Shown here one piece after another: positions 1 to 8,157 of a stretch of DNA of 64,000 bases. The translations under genes were made by a program, and so were the position numbers. Positions within the stretch are counted from its first letter, which is position 1; every line of letters starts with the position of its first letter. The stretch is from Acidimicrobiia bacterium (GTDB lineage Bacteria; Actinomycetota; Acidimicrobiia; Spongiisociales; UBA11373): the NCBI GenBank assembly GCA_030584185.1, contig CP129495.1, positions 639,608 through 703,607 of the forward strand, read 5' to 3'. Below the pieces are notes generated by a model. It was not told the origin of the DNA, ran no database searches, and was given only the letters and a program-made list of their open reading frames with translations.

Positions 1-90
1 CGCGGGATCATCCCCGAGTCCACGGTGAGCCGGCGCGCCACGCTGGAGGACGTGTTCCTCGGGCTCACCGGCCGCACCCTGGTGGACTGA
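1..90 (+). CDS. ABC transporter ATP-binding protein, C-terminal end (truncated by window edge)
   Basis: Frame 1 reads RGIIPESTVSRRATLEDVFLGLTGRTLVD*; the 'LEDVFL.LTG' tail is typical of ABC-2 exporter ATPases; its TGA overlaps the next ATG (TGATG). Confidence 0.85.
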   Translation, partial: RGIIPESTVSRRATLEDVFLGLTGRTLVD

Positions 91-863
91 TGGCCGCCAC
101 CCCGCTGCGGGTTCTCGAGGCATCGGCCCGGGTGTATCGCCGCACCTGGCGGGGAAGCGTCGTCAGCACCTTCCTCAACCCGGTCCTGTTCCTGCTCGCC
201 ATGGGAATGGGCCTGGGCAAGCTGGTGGACGCCGGCGGAGGCGAAGCGACCCTCGACATCACCTACCTCAAGTTCCTCGCCCCTGGCCTGCTCGCCGCCA
301 CCGCCATGACCACCGGTGCCGGCGACTCAGCCTTCCCCGTGATGGCAGGCATCAAGTGGCGCAAGACGTTCGAGGCGGTCCTGGCCACCCCGGTTGGGGT
401 GCGCGACCTGGTGGTGGGACTGATCTCATGGGTGGGCGTCCGGCTGTTGTTCGTCACCCTCGTCTACTCGGGCGTGATGACCGCCTTCGGGGCAACCACG
501 GTGGTCGAGGGCCTGCTCGCCGTGCCGCCTGCGGTGCTCACAGGAGTGGCGTTCGCCGCAGTGATCGTCGCCTACACCGCCCGGCTCGAAGACGAACAGG
601 GACTCGCCAGCCTGTTCCGGTGGGGGATCACCCCGCTGTTCCTCTTCTCGGGGACGTTCTTCCCGGTATCGCAGCTGTGGGGATGGATGCAGCCCGTCGC
701 CTACACCACCCCCCTGTTCCACGGTGTGTCGCTGTGCCGAGGGCTGGCACTCGGAACCGGCTACGTCGTCCATCCGCTGTTCAGTGCCGCCTACCTTCTC
801 ACGATGCTCGGCCTCGGGCTGCTGGTGGCCAACCGCTACATGACCCGGAGGCTGGTCAAGTGA
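90..863 (+). CDS. ABC-2 type exporter permease (NodJ/DrrB-like)
   Basis: 257 aa, about six hydrophobic segments, 'FLFSGTFFPVSQL' and 'PLFHGV' motifs; coupled to the upstream ATPase. Confidence 0.9.
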   Translation: MAATPLRVLEASARVYRRTWRGSVVSTFLNPVLFLLAMGMGLGKLVDAGGGEATLDITYLKFLAPGLLAATAMTTGAGDSAFPVMAGIKWRKTFEAVLATPVGVRDLVVGLISWVGVRLLFVTLVYSGVMTAFGATTVVEGLLAVPPAVLTGVAFAAVIVAYTARLEDEQGLASLFRWGITPLFLFSGTFFPVSQLWGWMQPVAYTTPLFHGVSLCRGLALGTGYVVHPLFSAAYLLTMLGLGLLVANRYMTRRLVK

Positions 864-1669
864 CCGGTCCTGCAACACTCGTGCCGCGGGTCGCTCCTCC
901 GTTTATTCGTGGCAGCGCCGTTCGCATGCTGGAACGCAGTGCCCTCGTCTACCGGCGCATCTGGGTGCTGGTTCTCTCCGGGTTCTTCGAACCCATCTTC
1001 TATCTGTTCTCCATTGGGGTCGGGGTGGGAGCACTGGTGGGTGATGTGTCCGTGGGCGGCGGGCGCACCGTGGAGTACGCAGCCTTCGTGGCTCCGGCAC
1101 TGCTCGGGGCGTCGGCCATGAACGGCGCCATCTACGAGTCCACCTTCAACATCTTCTTCAAGCTCCGCTACGGGAAGGTCTACGACGCCATCCTCGCCAC
1201 ACCGATGGAGCCTCGGCACATCGCCGTCGGCGAGATCGCCTGGTCCCTGGGTCGCGGGCTGCTGTACGCCACCGCATTCCTGATCGTGATCACCGGATTC
1301 GGATACGTGGAGTCGGCGTGGGCGGTGCTGGCGGTGCCGGCGGCGGTGCTCATCGGGTTCGCCTTCGCCGCCCTGGGGATGGCCGCCACCACCTTCATGA
1401 AGTCGTGGCAGGACTTCGACCTGGTGAACATGGTCACCCTGCCGCTGTTCCTCTTCTCGGCAACCTTCTATCCGATCGACGTGTACCCGGAGGCGTTCCA
1501 GGCGTTCACCCGCCTTTCACCCCTGTATCACGGGGTCGAGCTGATCCGGGCGCTCACGCTCGGCACATTCGACTGGAGCATCGCCGCCCACGTCGGGGTG
1601 TTGCTCGGACTCGGGATGGTGGGAGCGGCGATCACGGCCCGCAGGCTGAACAAGCTGCTGCTCTCCTAG
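860..1669 (+). CDS. ABC-2 type exporter permease, second subunit
   Basis: GTG at 860 overlaps the previous stop (GTGA); C-terminal part of track ORF 356..1669; 'LFLFSATFYPI' and 'PLYHGVEL' motifs parallel the first permease. Confidence 0.88.
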   Translation: MTGPATLVPRVAPPFIRGSAVRMLERSALVYRRIWVLVLSGFFEPIFYLFSIGVGVGALVGDVSVGGGRTVEYAAFVAPALLGASAMNGAIYESTFNIFFKLRYGKVYDAILATPMEPRHIAVGEIAWSLGRGLLYATAFLIVITGFGYVESAWAVLAVPAAVLIGFAFAALGMAATTFMKSWQDFDLVNMVTLPLFLFSATFYPIDVYPEAFQAFTRLSPLYHGVELIRALTLGTFDWSIAAHVGVLLGLGMVGAAITARRLNKLLLS

Positions 1670-2871
1670 GGAGTGGTCGCCGCCCCGCGCCGCCCGACGG
1701 TCAGTACCAGCACCACACGCACCAGGTAGTCGACGAGGAACAGTGCCGCCAGGGCCACCGGCACCTCGCTGCGCACACCGAGCGCCAGCAGCACGGGAAC
1801 GGCATTCGCCACGACCGAGCGCATCGCCCCCTGACCGTGCATGCGGGCGAAGTTGGCGGTGAGCCTCTCCCCCGGGCCGGCCAGGACCGGGACCAGGTAG
1901 GCGAGCGAACCGAACAGCACCAAGCCGACCCCGGCCGCTCCCACGGCCGTGGCCCGAGCGTAGAGGAGATGACCTTCGGCGAGCAGGGTGTAGGCCTCGT
2001 GCCCCACCCATCCGGTGAGCCACAGCGATCCGCTCAGGATGAGCAGGGCGGGCAACCCACCCCGCAGCAGCCGGGCGATGCCCAGGCGACTCACGATCCC
2101 ACCGAGGATGAGCGCCGCTGCCGCCCCGACCAGGATGCAGCCGATGCCGACCACGGCTGGCCCCGACACGATCCCGGCGGTGAACAGGGCGAATGCGCCG
2201 ACACACAGCCAGAAGGCGGCGACCGCCTCCTTGCCCGACACCAGCTTGTGGCGGGCGGTCGTCGGGAGCAACGTGGGAAGCGTCCCCAGGATGCTGAACC
2301 CGACGAGGCCGACCAGGTTGAGGTGCATGTGGGCGGTGCGCAGATCGAGGTAGGAAGATCCCCCCACCCCGGAGCCGATGATGCCACCAAGGGTGACCCC
2401 TACTGCTCCCGAGGCAAGCGCAAGCAGGTAGAAGCGCGAGGCGAGATCGAACCTGCGCAGCAACGAACGACGAACGATGCCGACGAGGATCCAACCCAGT
2501 GCCACCAGGCCGATGCCGACCAGTGTGGCGCCGGAGATGGTCATCCAGTCCACTTCGTTGGCAACGCCGAGCACCGCCAGGAGGGCACCCACGGCAAGCG
2601 ACCATCGCTGCGCTGCAGCAAGGCGGGGATCGGCCGGAACCGACGCCGACCAGGTGGTCGAGAAGAGCTGGGTGGCGCCGGAGATTGCGAGAAGAACCGT
2701 GCCCGCCATGAATGCGTGGAGTGGACCCCACCAGGTGCCTTCACCACCGATGGCGCGCAGGACTCCCCAGATCGCAGCCCACGCCATGAAGATGGCCCCG
2801 AGGCGGAGTGCCGATGCGGCGACCCCGTGCGAACGCGCCACGCGTCGCTGCCTTCCCGTCTCGACCTGCAT
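1666..2871 (-). CDS. Polytopic membrane protein with intramembrane His motifs (NnrS-like / heme-copper oxidase subunit-like fold suspected)
   Basis: 401 aa, about 12 hydrophobic segments, 'PLHAFMAG' and 'AHMHLNLVG' motifs; start could also be the downstream GTG (VARSHG). Confidence 0.6.
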   Translation of the reverse strand: MQVETGRQRRVARSHGVAASALRLGAIFMAWAAIWGVLRAIGGEGTWWGPLHAFMAGTVLLAISGATQLFSTTWSASVPADPRLAAAQRWSLAVGALLAVLGVANEVDWMTISGATLVGIGLVALGWILVGIVRRSLLRRFDLASRFYLLALASGAVGVTLGGIIGSGVGGSSYLDLRTAHMHLNLVGLVGFSILGTLPTLLPTTARHKLVSGKEAVAAFWLCVGAFALFTAGIVSGPAVVGIGCILVGAAAALILGGIVSRLGIARLLRGGLPALLILSGSLWLTGWVGHEAYTLLAEGHLLYARATAVGAAGVGLVLFGSLAYLVPVLAGPGERLTANFARMHGQGAMRSVVANAVPVLLALGVRSEVPVALAALFLVDYLVRVVLVLTVGRRGAATTP

Positions 2872-2901
2872 GGATTCGAGGTTAGGCGGGGTGGGAGTCC
2901 A

Positions 2902-3217
2902 TCAGAGCCGACCGCCGGGGGTGGCCTCGAAGTCGTCGATGTCGAGCGCATGGCGAGGCCGCGGCGGGCGACGCCACGACGAGATACTCGCACCACAGTG
3001 GACCACGGCCCGCGAAGGGATGGACTCCCAGGGGGAGTGAAGCCTGCGAGCGCGACGCCGTACCACCCCTACGAGCAGAAGCGTGAGCACCGACAGGGCG
3101 ATGCCGAGCAGGGGACGCGCCAGACCCCGGGTGACCACGAGCCACCACACCCACGCCCCACCCAGGCCGTACACGAGAGTCAGGTAGGCAGCGATGATCG
3201 GAGAGTACCTGGGGCAT
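2902..3217 (-). pseudogene. Small membrane protein, apparently frameshifted in a C4 run just after the ATG
   Basis: ATGCCCCAGG at 3217; removing one C gives MPRYSPIIAAYLTLVYGLGGAWVWWLVV..., in frame with track ORF 2902..3174 (two TM-like segments). Confidence 0.4.
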
Positions 3218-3264
3218 GCACCCCGTATAGGGTGCCGGATCGACTCAGCCGATACTGGAGGACC

Positions 3265-3663
3265 ATGAACGCCAAGCTGTTCGCCGTCGCACTCCCCGTG
3301 TTCTTTGCCATCGACATGGTGTGGCTCGGCCTGGTCGCCAAGGGCTTCTACCGGCGCCAGCTCGGTGCCCTGATGCGCACCGACGTGAACTGGGCGGCCG
3401 CCATCGTCTTCTACCTGCTGTTCATCCTGGGCCTTGTCGTGTTCGTGGTGGCTCCAGCCGTGGACGCCGGCTCGTGGACTGAGGCGGTGTGGCGCGGGGC
3501 CCTGTTCGGGCTGGTGACGTACGCCACATACGATCTGACCAACCTCGCCACGCTTCGCGACTGGCCGCTTCCGATGAGCCTGGTCGACCTGGCCTGGGGA
3601 GCCGTCCTGGCGTCCTCGGTGGCGGTGGCAACCTACGGGATCGGAACCCGGCTAGGGGTGTGA
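3265..3663 (+). CDS. DUF2177-family small membrane protein
   Basis: GGAGG RBS before ATG 3265; 'DMVWLG', 'YATYDLTN.ATL.DWP' and 'VDLAWG' motifs; 132 aa. Confidence 0.85.
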   Translation: MNAKLFAVALPVFFAIDMVWLGLVAKGFYRRQLGALMRTDVNWAAAIVFYLLFILGLVVFVVAPAVDAGSWTEAVWRGALFGLVTYATYDLTNLATLRDWPLPMSLVDLAWGAVLASSVAVATYGIGTRLGV

Positions 3664-3758
3664 GCCGCACGGGCCGGAGAGGGCAGCGGGCGAGACTTTC
3701 CATCGGGGCCTGCCCCCGGTTGACTCCCATTTGCGGGGGAAGGAAAGACCGAAACGCA

Positions 3759-3810
3759 GCATCGCCCCCGAAAAGGGGGCGATGCAAGTGGAGGTGCGGG
3801 GAGTCGAACC
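3759..3810 (-). repeat. Displaced 3' fragment of tmRNA plus hairpin (att-like direct repeat, copy 1)
   Basis: 52 bp identical to 5478..5529 (gcatcgcccccgaaaagggggcgatgcaagtggaggtgcggggagtcgaacc); a further 10 bp match with 2 mismatches (3749-3758 vs 5468-5477). Confidence 0.95.
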
Positions 3811-3923
3811 TCGAGAGATGAGGCAGACCCGTGTTTCCTATTGAGGTCGTGGATCTGCTCCCCCGTGAGAGCGCCTCCCACTCGAGGAGCCAAGTCGCTT
3901 CAACAGCAACACAGGTCAGAGGA

Positions 3924-3960
3924 TTGACAAAATACTGCCGATACCGGTATAGTTTTGTCA
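3924..3960 (+). promoter_or_regulatory. Sigma70-type promoter (probably leaderless) with overlapping inverted repeat
   Basis: TTGACA 3924-3929, 18-bp spacer, TATAGT 3948-3953, ATG 6 nt later; TGACAAAA (3925-3932) / TTTTGTCA (3953-3960) inverted repeat; palindrome ATACCGGTAT 3941-3950. Confidence 0.8.
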
Positions 3961-4631
3961 TGTCACTGGTAGACGTTGCGGAGGCTGCTCAGCAACTGGG
4001 TGTGAGCCCGAGGCGAGTACGGCAGATGCTGGCCGACGAACTCGTGCCCGCGGTTCGTATCGGTCGAGCGTGGGCTGTGGAACAACGCCACGTCGACCAC
4101 CTCAAGAACCACCGAGCCTCCGCCGGGAGACCGTGGAGTCCTTCATCAGCATGGGCAGCCCTCGCCGCGGCCGATGGTCGTGAGCATTCGCTCTCTTCTG
4201 TTGATCGGTCGCGGGCTCGCCGCCGTCTCGGTCGGGCAGGGCTCGTTGGAATCGCCGAGAGGCTGGCAGCCCGAGCCGACTCCAGGCGATTCTATGGACA
4301 CCCCTCCGTACTGGAGCGGCTCGGAAACGCACCCGATGTCGTCCGCTCGGGGGTGAGTGCAGCAAAGGAGCATGGTGCCGATCTTCTCGCATGGGGTTTC
4401 CTGGAGGCGTACGTCCCGAGGTCCGCCGCGGACGGCATCATCAGCAAGTACGCACTCGACGAGGATGCCGAGCGGGCGAATATCGTCCTCAGGATCGTCG
4501 AAGACTCGGCGTGGCCGTTTGCTCCAGGTGAACGTTTCGCCCCCAGAGCGGTCGTCGCCATCGACCTACTCGAGTCGGGGGATGAGCGATCACGTCGATC
4601 CGGTCTGGCACTGGCACGGCAGTCGCCATGA
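3960..4631 (+). CDS. Excisionase-type HTH protein, putative AbiEi-like antitoxin/autorepressor
   Basis: N-terminus MSLVDVAEAAQQLGVSPRRVRQML...RIGRAWAV is an HTH_17-like pattern; C-terminus 'EAYVP...ANIVLR...AVVAIDLLES'; overlaps the next gene (ATGA). Confidence 0.7.
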   Translation: MSLVDVAEAAQQLGVSPRRVRQMLADELVPAVRIGRAWAVEQRHVDHLKNHRASAGRPWSPSSAWAALAAADGREHSLSSVDRSRARRRLGRAGLVGIAERLAARADSRRFYGHPSVLERLGNAPDVVRSGVSAAKEHGADLLAWGFLEAYVPRSAADGIISKYALDEDAERANIVLRIVEDSAWPFAPGERFAPRAVVAIDLLESGDERSRRSGLALARQSP

Positions 4632-5374
4632 TGGAGAGCCCCACTATCCAACGGGGACCCGTCCGGTTGCCGAGCCTCCCTGGGCAGGCTGATGAGTTGT
4701 GGGAAACGCTCATCGAGCTCTGGAAACGTCGCCCAGGCGGCTGGACTCTCATCGGCGGACAGATGGTGCTGTTGCACGCCCTGGAGAACCTTGCGACACC
4801 CCCGCGGATTTCGACCGATCTCGATGTCCTGGTGAATGCACGGCTGGTGACTGGCGCAACGGCTGAGTTCGCAGCCGAACTCTCAGCTTGGGGATTCGAC
4901 ATGGACGGTGCATCCCCAACCGGTGTTGCTCACCGCTACGTTCGCCACGGAGTGGCGATCGACGTCTTGGCGCCTGAAGGAGTTGGTGGCCGAGCCAACC
5001 TGACGACGACGCCGCCGAATCGAACCGTATCGGTTCCTGGCGGAACACAGGCTCTCGCTAGGACCGAGCTGTTGCCGGTCCTGACGGCAGCTAGCGAAGG
5101 ACTCGTGCCGAGACCTTCGCTGTTGGGGGCTCTCGTGGTGAAGGCGGCTGCCGTTGATGTTGACGATGCTCCCCAGGCGCAACTGCAAGACCTTGCCTTC
5201 CTTCTGACTCTCGTCGACGATCCCGTTGAGCTTGCGAGCCAGCTAACCCGCAAGGATCGGACTCGGATTCGATCCCGATCGGAGCTCTCCGACGGTTCAG
5301 ACGCGGTCTGGCGAACCCTGAGCCAAGAGCAGGCCGATCGAGCGAGAGCGGCACTCAGAATCCTCTCGGCCTGA
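4628..5374 (+). CDS. Nucleotidyltransferase-fold protein, putative AbiEii / type IV TA toxin
   Basis: 'LIGGQMV...STDLDVLV' (GG...DxD) NTase signature, 'IDVLAP', 'LVVKAAA', 'LQDLAFL'; 248 aa. Confidence 0.7.
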   Translation: MMESPTIQRGPVRLPSLPGQADELWETLIELWKRRPGGWTLIGGQMVLLHALENLATPPRISTDLDVLVNARLVTGATAEFAAELSAWGFDMDGASPTGVAHRYVRHGVAIDVLAPEGVGGRANLTTTPPNRTVSVPGGTQALARTELLPVLTAASEGLVPRPSLLGALVVKAAAVDVDDAPQAQLQDLAFLLTLVDDPVELASQLTRKDRTRIRSRSELSDGSDAVWRTLSQEQADRARAALRILSA

Positions 5375-5477
5375 TCACCTGCGTGATGGCCACCCCCAAC
5401 CACCCACCAACAGCACCCCCACCCACCCCGACCAACATCAGCCGGGCAACAAACAGAGCCTCCCCGCCCGAAACGGG

Positions 5478-5504
5478 GCATCGCCCCCGAAAAGGGGGCG
5501 ATGC
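5478..5504 (-). terminator. GC-rich hairpin directly after tmRNA (identical copy at 3759..3785)
   Basis: 11-bp perfect stem gcatcgccccc/gggggcgatgc with 5-nt loop; no clear U-tract. Confidence 0.6.
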
Positions 5505-5507
5505 AAG

Positions 5508-5857
5508 TGGAGGTGCGGGGAGTCGAACCCCGGTCCTCCGCCGTTTCGATGCCGGCATCTCCGAGCGCATCCGATGGAGTGGATTCGGGAGACGAGGCCC
5601 CATCGGAAGGTGGTCCCGTTCCCTATCCGGTGTGTCTCAGCCCGCCGCTACCGGAGTCCCGGCGGGAGCCTCCCCCATTGCGGCGCCCGGGTCCGGCGAG
5701 GGGGGAGCCCACCGGTCGGACGGGCTGCGCTAGTTAGGCAGCCAGTGCGAAGTTGTCTTCGGCACTTGTGTTTGATCCCGGTTCTTTAACGAGGACTCCG
5801 GGGACCTCGGCTCGCTTCCGGCACCTCCACCGTCGGAGTCGAAACCAGTTCACCCCC
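5508..5857 (-). ncRNA. ssrA: tmRNA, tag peptide (A)AEDNFALAA*
   Basis: 5' GGGGGTGAACTGGTTTCGAC; 3' GGTTCGACTCCCCGCACCTCCA; acceptor stem with G3.U wobble; tag ORF GCC GAA GAC AAC TTC GCA CTG GCT GCC TAA at 5763..5734; next to smpB; CCA not encoded. Confidence 0.97.
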
Positions 5858-5918
5858 GTGTTGGTGCCCACCAACTGTACAACGCGGTGCCGTCAAGACC
5901 AGTTCCCACCGAATGCCA

Positions 5919-6395
5919 TCAGTCGAGGCTCTTGTGACGGATCGCCCGCTGCATCTCGCGATCCGCCTGGCGGCGCTTGATCGTCTCGCGCTTGTCGAAA
6001 CGGACCTTGCCTTTGGCGAGACCCAACTCCACTTTGGCCAGACCCTTCTTGAAGTAGATCCGCAGCGGCACGACGGTGAGGCCCTTCTCGGCGACCTTGG
6101 CCGCCATCCGGTCGATCTCTGCTCGATGCAGCAACAGCTTGCGGGTCCGCTCCGGGTCGTGCCCCCCATCTCGGGCGAAGCCGTAGGGAGAGATCCGCAC
6201 CCCGAACAGCCAGAACTCGCCACCGTCGACGGCGGCGTAGGCGTCCTTGAGATCGACGAGCCCGGCGCGCATCGACTTGACCTCCGAGCCGGTGAGCGAC
6301 AGCCCCGCCTCCACCGTCTCCAGGATCTCGTAGTCGAAGCGGGCCCGCCGGTTGGTCGACACCACCTTGATTCCCGGCTCTGGGGTCTTGGCCAT
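5919..6395 (-). CDS. smpB: SsrA-binding protein SmpB
   Basis: 'NRRARFDYEILETVEAGLSLTGSEVKSMR', 'RTRKLLLHRAEI', 'KGKVRFDKRETIK'; ATG at 6395. Confidence 0.97.
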   Translation of the reverse strand: MAKTPEPGIKVVSTNRRARFDYEILETVEAGLSLTGSEVKSMRAGLVDLKDAYAAVDGGEFWLFGVRISPYGFARDGGHDPERTRKLLLHRAEIDRMAAKVAEKGLTVVPLRIYFKKGLAKVELGLAKGKVRFDKRETIKRRQADREMQRAIRHKSLD

Positions 6396-6420
6396 CGGCA
6401 GCCACCGCACCGCCGGGACC

Positions 6421-7302
6421 TCAGTCCCGGAGGAACCCCCACATTCCGAAGGCGCTACCCATGAGGCCGGTACCGGCCCCGAACCCGAGCACGATGATCG
6501 ACTGGCGCAGCATGAACTCGAACGGGACCACCACCGACGCCGGGTCGATGGCAGTGGAGAAGAGCCCGGCGATCGAGCCGCGAACCCCCCACACCAGCAA
6601 CACCGCCAGCGCAGCCCCGGCAATCCCCTCGAGCAGACCCTCGAGGAGGAAGGGAATCCGCACGAACCAGTTGCCGGCGCCGACCAGCTTCATGATCGAT
6701 ATCTCGTCGCGGCGGGCGAAGATGGCGATGCGGATGGTGTTGGCGATCAGCACCACCGCCGATGCTCCCAACACGACGACGATCCAGAAGGCGAAGGTGC
6801 GCAGGCGATCCGATCGAGCCACGAGGGCGTCGATCGCCTCATCGGCAGCGGAGACCTGTTGGATGCCCGGGATCACCACCAGACGGTCGGTGATCTCGGC
6901 GTAGGCGGCGGCCTCACGCGGGGCGATCCGCAGCGAGGCCGGCAGGACGGATGGGTCCTCCTCGACCACGTCGATCAGAGACTGCTGGTCGGCGAATAGC
7001 TCACGGAACTCGATGAGCGCCTCGGCCTTCGAGAAGTAGGTGACGCTCTCCACCTCCTCCCATGACTGCACCTCCGCCTGCAGGGCGTCGATGTCGTCCA
7101 GGCCGAGGTCGTCGGAGAGAAAGGCGATCACCCGAACGTTGTCGTCCCAACGCCCGATGTCCTCGTCTATCGACCAGCGCAGGACGATCGTGCCGAAGAC
7201 CAGGGTCAGCATCACGAACACGGCGACGACGGCGGCGAACACCACCAGCACGTTGCGGCGCAGATTGGACAGAGCCTGCCCGAGCAGGTACTGGAACCTC
7301 AT
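6421..7302 (-). CDS. ftsX: Cell division permease-like protein FtsX
   Basis: '[35 protein letters not shown]'; coupled to ftsE. Confidence 0.95.
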   Translation of the reverse strand: MRFQYLLGQALSNLRRNVLVVFAAVVAVFVMLTLVFGTIVLRWSIDEDIGRWDDNVRVIAFLSDDLGLDDIDALQAEVQSWEEVESVTYFSKAEALIEFRELFADQQSLIDVVEEDPSVLPASLRIAPREAAAYAEITDRLVVIPGIQQVSAADEAIDALVARSDRLRTFAFWIVVVLGASAVVLIANTIRIAIFARRDEISIMKLVGAGNWFVRIPFLLEGLLEGIAGAALAVLLVWGVRGSIAGLFSTAIDPASVVVPFEFMLRQSIIVLGFGAGTGLMGSAFGMWGFLRD

Positions 7303-8054
7303 AGGCCGCCGTTCCCCGGGCTCTGCTCGTCGGCCTGTTTCCCATCGGGACCACCGTCGAAAGCCGGCATCTCACCCGTCTCGTACGAGCCCCGGCTCTG
7401 GTCGCGCACCACACGGCCCCGCTCCAAGGCCACCACCCGGCGCCGCATGGCATCGACGATGGCGTGATCGTGGGTCGCCATCACCACGGTGGTGCCGGTC
7501 CGGTTGATGCGGTCGAGAAGCCTCATGATCCCCACCGAGGTGGCCGGATCGAGGTTCCCGGTCGGCTCGTCGGCGAGGAGTATCAGCGGGCGGTTGACGA
7601 AGGCGCGGGCGATCGATACCCGCTGCTGCTCGCCACCAGACAGCTGGGTTGGGAGGCGGTCGGCCTTGGCTCCCAAACCGACCAAGTTGAGGACCTGGGG
7701 AACCTGACTGCGGATCACGTGCCTGGGGCGTCCGATCACCTCGAGGGCGAATGCGACGTTCTCGAAGACGGTCTTGGTCGGAAGCAGCTTGAAGTCCTGG
7801 AACACGGTGCCGATGGAGCGCCGCAGCAGGGGCACCTTCCATGAGGGGAGGCGGGTGATCGCCTTGCCCGCCACCCAGATCTCGCCTTCAGACGGCAGCT
7901 CCTGGCGGAGCATCAAACGGATCAGGGTCGACTTTCCCGAGCCGGAAGGCCCGACCAGGAACACGAACTCGCCCTTGTTGATCTCGAGGGAGACATCGCG
8001 AACGGCGACGGTTCCACCGTCGTACACCTTGGTGACGTCTTCGACCCGGATCAT
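7299..8054 (-). CDS. ftsE: Cell division ATP-binding protein FtsE
   Basis: Walker [10 protein letters not shown], 'VFQDFKLL', LSGGEQQRV, '[11 protein letters not shown]'; ATG at 8054. Confidence 0.96.
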   Translation of the reverse strand: MIRVEDVTKVYDGGTVAVRDVSLEINKGEFVFLVGPSGSGKSTLIRLMLRQELPSEGEIWVAGKAITRLPSWKVPLLRRSIGTVFQDFKLLPTKTVFENVAFALEVIGRPRHVIRSQVPQVLNLVGLGAKADRLPTQLSGGEQQRVSIARAFVNRPLILLADEPTGNLDPATSVGIMRLLDRINRTGTTVVMATHDHAIVDAMRRRVVALERGRVVRDQSRGSYETGEMPAFDGGPDGKQADEQSPGNGGL

Positions 8055-8157
8055 GCAGCGCCCTCCCGGAGCGCGGCGCGACGGCATCCGCTCCGCGCCT
8101 CACGACCGGGGCGAGGTTAGTGGTGACCCGGTGCTGTGAAGCGGATTGGGAATCGGG

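Larger units (their letters stand above)
3759..5529. mobile_element. Minimal genomic island at the tmRNA 3' end (1,719 bp repeat-to-repeat), no integrase
   Basis: Bounded by the 52-bp direct repeat; contains only two coupled ORFs; codon usage looks less GC3-biased than the flanks (judged by eye). Confidence 0.85.

Noticed and set aside
1318-3264. N-terminal 650 aa of the 781-aa track ORF
   Set aside because: Shadow frame; only the part from ATG 3265 (with RBS) is a recognisable DUF2177 gene.
3783-3810. tRNA-like T-arm/acceptor sequence
   Set aside because: Only the duplicated tmRNA 3' fragment; there is no 5' half or anticodon arm.
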